Below are positions 61,981 to 64,000 of a DNA stretch of 64,000 bases, piece after piece. Source of the DNA: Squalus acanthias (taxonomy: Eukaryota); contig CM059425.1 in assembly GCA_030390025.1 (NCBI GenBank), positions 170,874,001 to 170,938,000 of the forward strand, in the 5' to 3' direction. The position numbers and the translations under genes are program-made. The notes under the pieces were generated by a model that was not told the DNA's origin, ran no database searches, and saw only the letters and a program-made list of their open reading frames with translations. Every line of letters begins with the position of its first letter. The stretch's first letter is position 1.

Positions 61981-64000
61981 ATAGAATCATAGAATCATAG
62001 AATGGTTACAGCACAGAAGGAGGCCATTCGGCCTGTCGAGCCCGTGCCGGCTCTCTGCAAGAGCACTTCAGCCAGTCCCACTCCCCCGCCCTTTCCCCTG
62101 CAAATTTTTTCCCCTCAGGTACTTATCCAATTCCCTTTTGAAAGCCACGATTGAGTCTGTCTCCACCACCCTTTCAGGCAGTGCATTCCAGATCCTAACC
62201 ACTCACTGTAAAAAAAGTTTTTCCTCTTGTCGCCTTTGGTTCTTTTACCAATCACCTTAAATCTGTGTCCTCTGGTTCTCGACCTTTCCGCCAATGGGAA
62301 CAGTTTCTCTCTATCTACTCTGTCCAGACTCCTCATGATTTTGAACACCTCCATCAAATCTCCTCGCAACCTTCTCTGCTCTAAGGAGAACAACCCCAGC
62401 TTCTCCAGTCTATCCTCGTAACTGAAGTCCCTCATCCCTGGAACCATTCTCGTAAATCTTTTCTGCACCCTCTCTAAGGCCTTCACATCCTCCCTAAAGT
62501 GCGGTGCCCAGAATTGGCCACAATACTCCAGTTGAGGCCGAACCAGTGTTTTATAAAGGTTCATCATAACTTCCTTGCTTTTGTACTCTATGCCTCTATT
62601 TATGAAGCCCAGTATCCCGTATGCTTTTTTAACCGCTTTCTCAACCTGCCCTGCCAACTTCAATGATTTGTGCACATATACCCCAAGGTCTCTCTGTTCA
62701 TGCACCCCCTTTAGGATTGTACCCTTCAGTTTATATTGCCTCTCCTTGTTCTTCCTACCAAAATGTATCACTTCACACTTTTCTGCGTTAAATTTCATCT
62801 GCCACGTGTCCGCTCATTTCACCAGCCTGTCTATGTCTTCTTGAAGACTATCACTATCCTCCTCACTGTTCACTATACTTCCAAGTTTAGTGTCATCTGC
62901 AAATTTTGAAATTGTGCCCTGTACTCCCAAGTCCAAGTCATTAATATATATCAAGAAAAACATTGGTCCTAGTATCGACACCTGGGGAACACCACTTCCT
63001 CCAGTCCGAAAAACAACCATTCACCACTACTCTCTATTTCCTGTCACTTAGCCAATTTCAAATCCATTCTGCCACTGTCCCTTTTAATCTATGGGCTTCA
63101 ACTTTGCTGGCAAGCCTATTATGTGGCACTTTATCAAACGTCAACCGCATTGTCCTCATCAACACTCTCTGTTACCTCATCAAAAACTCGATCAAGTTAA
63201 ACACAATTTGCCTTTAACAAATCCGTGCTGGCTTTCCTTAATTAATCCACACTTGTCCAACTGATTGTTAATTTTGTCCCTGATTATCATTTCCAAAAGC
63301 TTCCCCACTACTGAGGTTAAACTGACTGACCTGTAATTGCTGGGTTTATCCTTACACCCTTTTTTGAACAAGGGTGTAACATTTGCAGTTCTCCAGTCCT
63401 CTGGCACCACCCCCGTCTCCAAAGAGGATTGGAAGATTATGGCCAGACCCACCACGATTTCCTCTTTAATTTCCCTTAGCATCCTAGGATGCATCCCATC
63501 CGGTCCTGGTGACTTGTCAACTTTAAGTTCAGATAGCCTTTCTAGTACCTCCTCCTTATCAATTTTTATCTCATCCAGTAACTCCACTACCCGCTCTTTC
63601 ACTATGACTTTGGCAGCATCTTCTTCCTTGGTGAAGACAGTTGTAAAGTACTCATTTAGTACCTCAGCTATGCCCTCTGCCTCTATGCATAGGTCTCATT
63701 TTTGGTCCCTAATTGCTCCCCCACCAACCTCCCCCCCTCCCCCCCCCCCCCCCACCAGCCTCTTACTACCCGTTTATTATTTATATGCCTATAGAAGACT
63801 TTTGAAATCCCTTCAATGTTAGCTGCCAATCTATTCTCATACTCCCTCTTTGCCTCTCTTATTTTCTTTTTTACTTCCCCTCTGAACTTTCTATATTCAG
63901 CCTGATTCTCACTTGTATTCTCAACCTGAGATCTGTCATAAGCCCCCTTTTTCTGCTTCATCTTACTCTCTATCTCTTTCATCATCCAGGGAGCTCTGGT
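61981..64000 (-). mobile_element. CR1 LINE (same subfamily as 19935-23752), runs off the window end
   Basis: ORFs 62115-62798, 62814-63020, 63192-63602 and 63683-63985 closely match the 21775-23668 translations. Confidence 0.95.

Noticed and set aside
1..64000. CRISPR arrays, rRNA/tRNA genes, prokaryotic operons
   Set aside because: None seen; the sequence is vertebrate-type repeat-rich DNA.

Overview
Repeat-dense eukaryotic DNA, very likely from a shark or other elasmobranch. This is inferred from the TE complement: CR1 LINEs with (TTCTATGA)n-type tails, a V-SINE fragment, a Deu-domain SINE, Penelope elements with minimal hammerhead ribozymes and many Harbinger derivatives. I find no intact host protein-coding gene. 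The long ORFs belong to LINEs (CR1, RTE and a second CR1/L2-group family), a Gypsy LTR element, Penelope-like elements or Harbinger transposons, often nested; degenerate L1 and L2 remnants are also present. Highlights: (1) a 1.43-kb non-autonomous hAT element (8100-9527, TIRs plus 8-bp TSD) carrying a captured TPP2-like coding fragment with the subtilase catalytic-Asp motif; (2) hammerhead ribozyme cores in two Penelope pLTR families, including an element with ~260-bp inverted arms and a 129-bp solo unit with a 14-bp TSD; (3) a ~420-bp near-identical local copy inserted into a MITE with a 12-bp flanking duplication; (4) an ~18-kb multi-layer nested TE stack inside an old L2; (5) degenerate TTAGGG repeats at the window start. 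Names come from motif recognition only; no database searches were run. Boundaries without a TSD are approximate.
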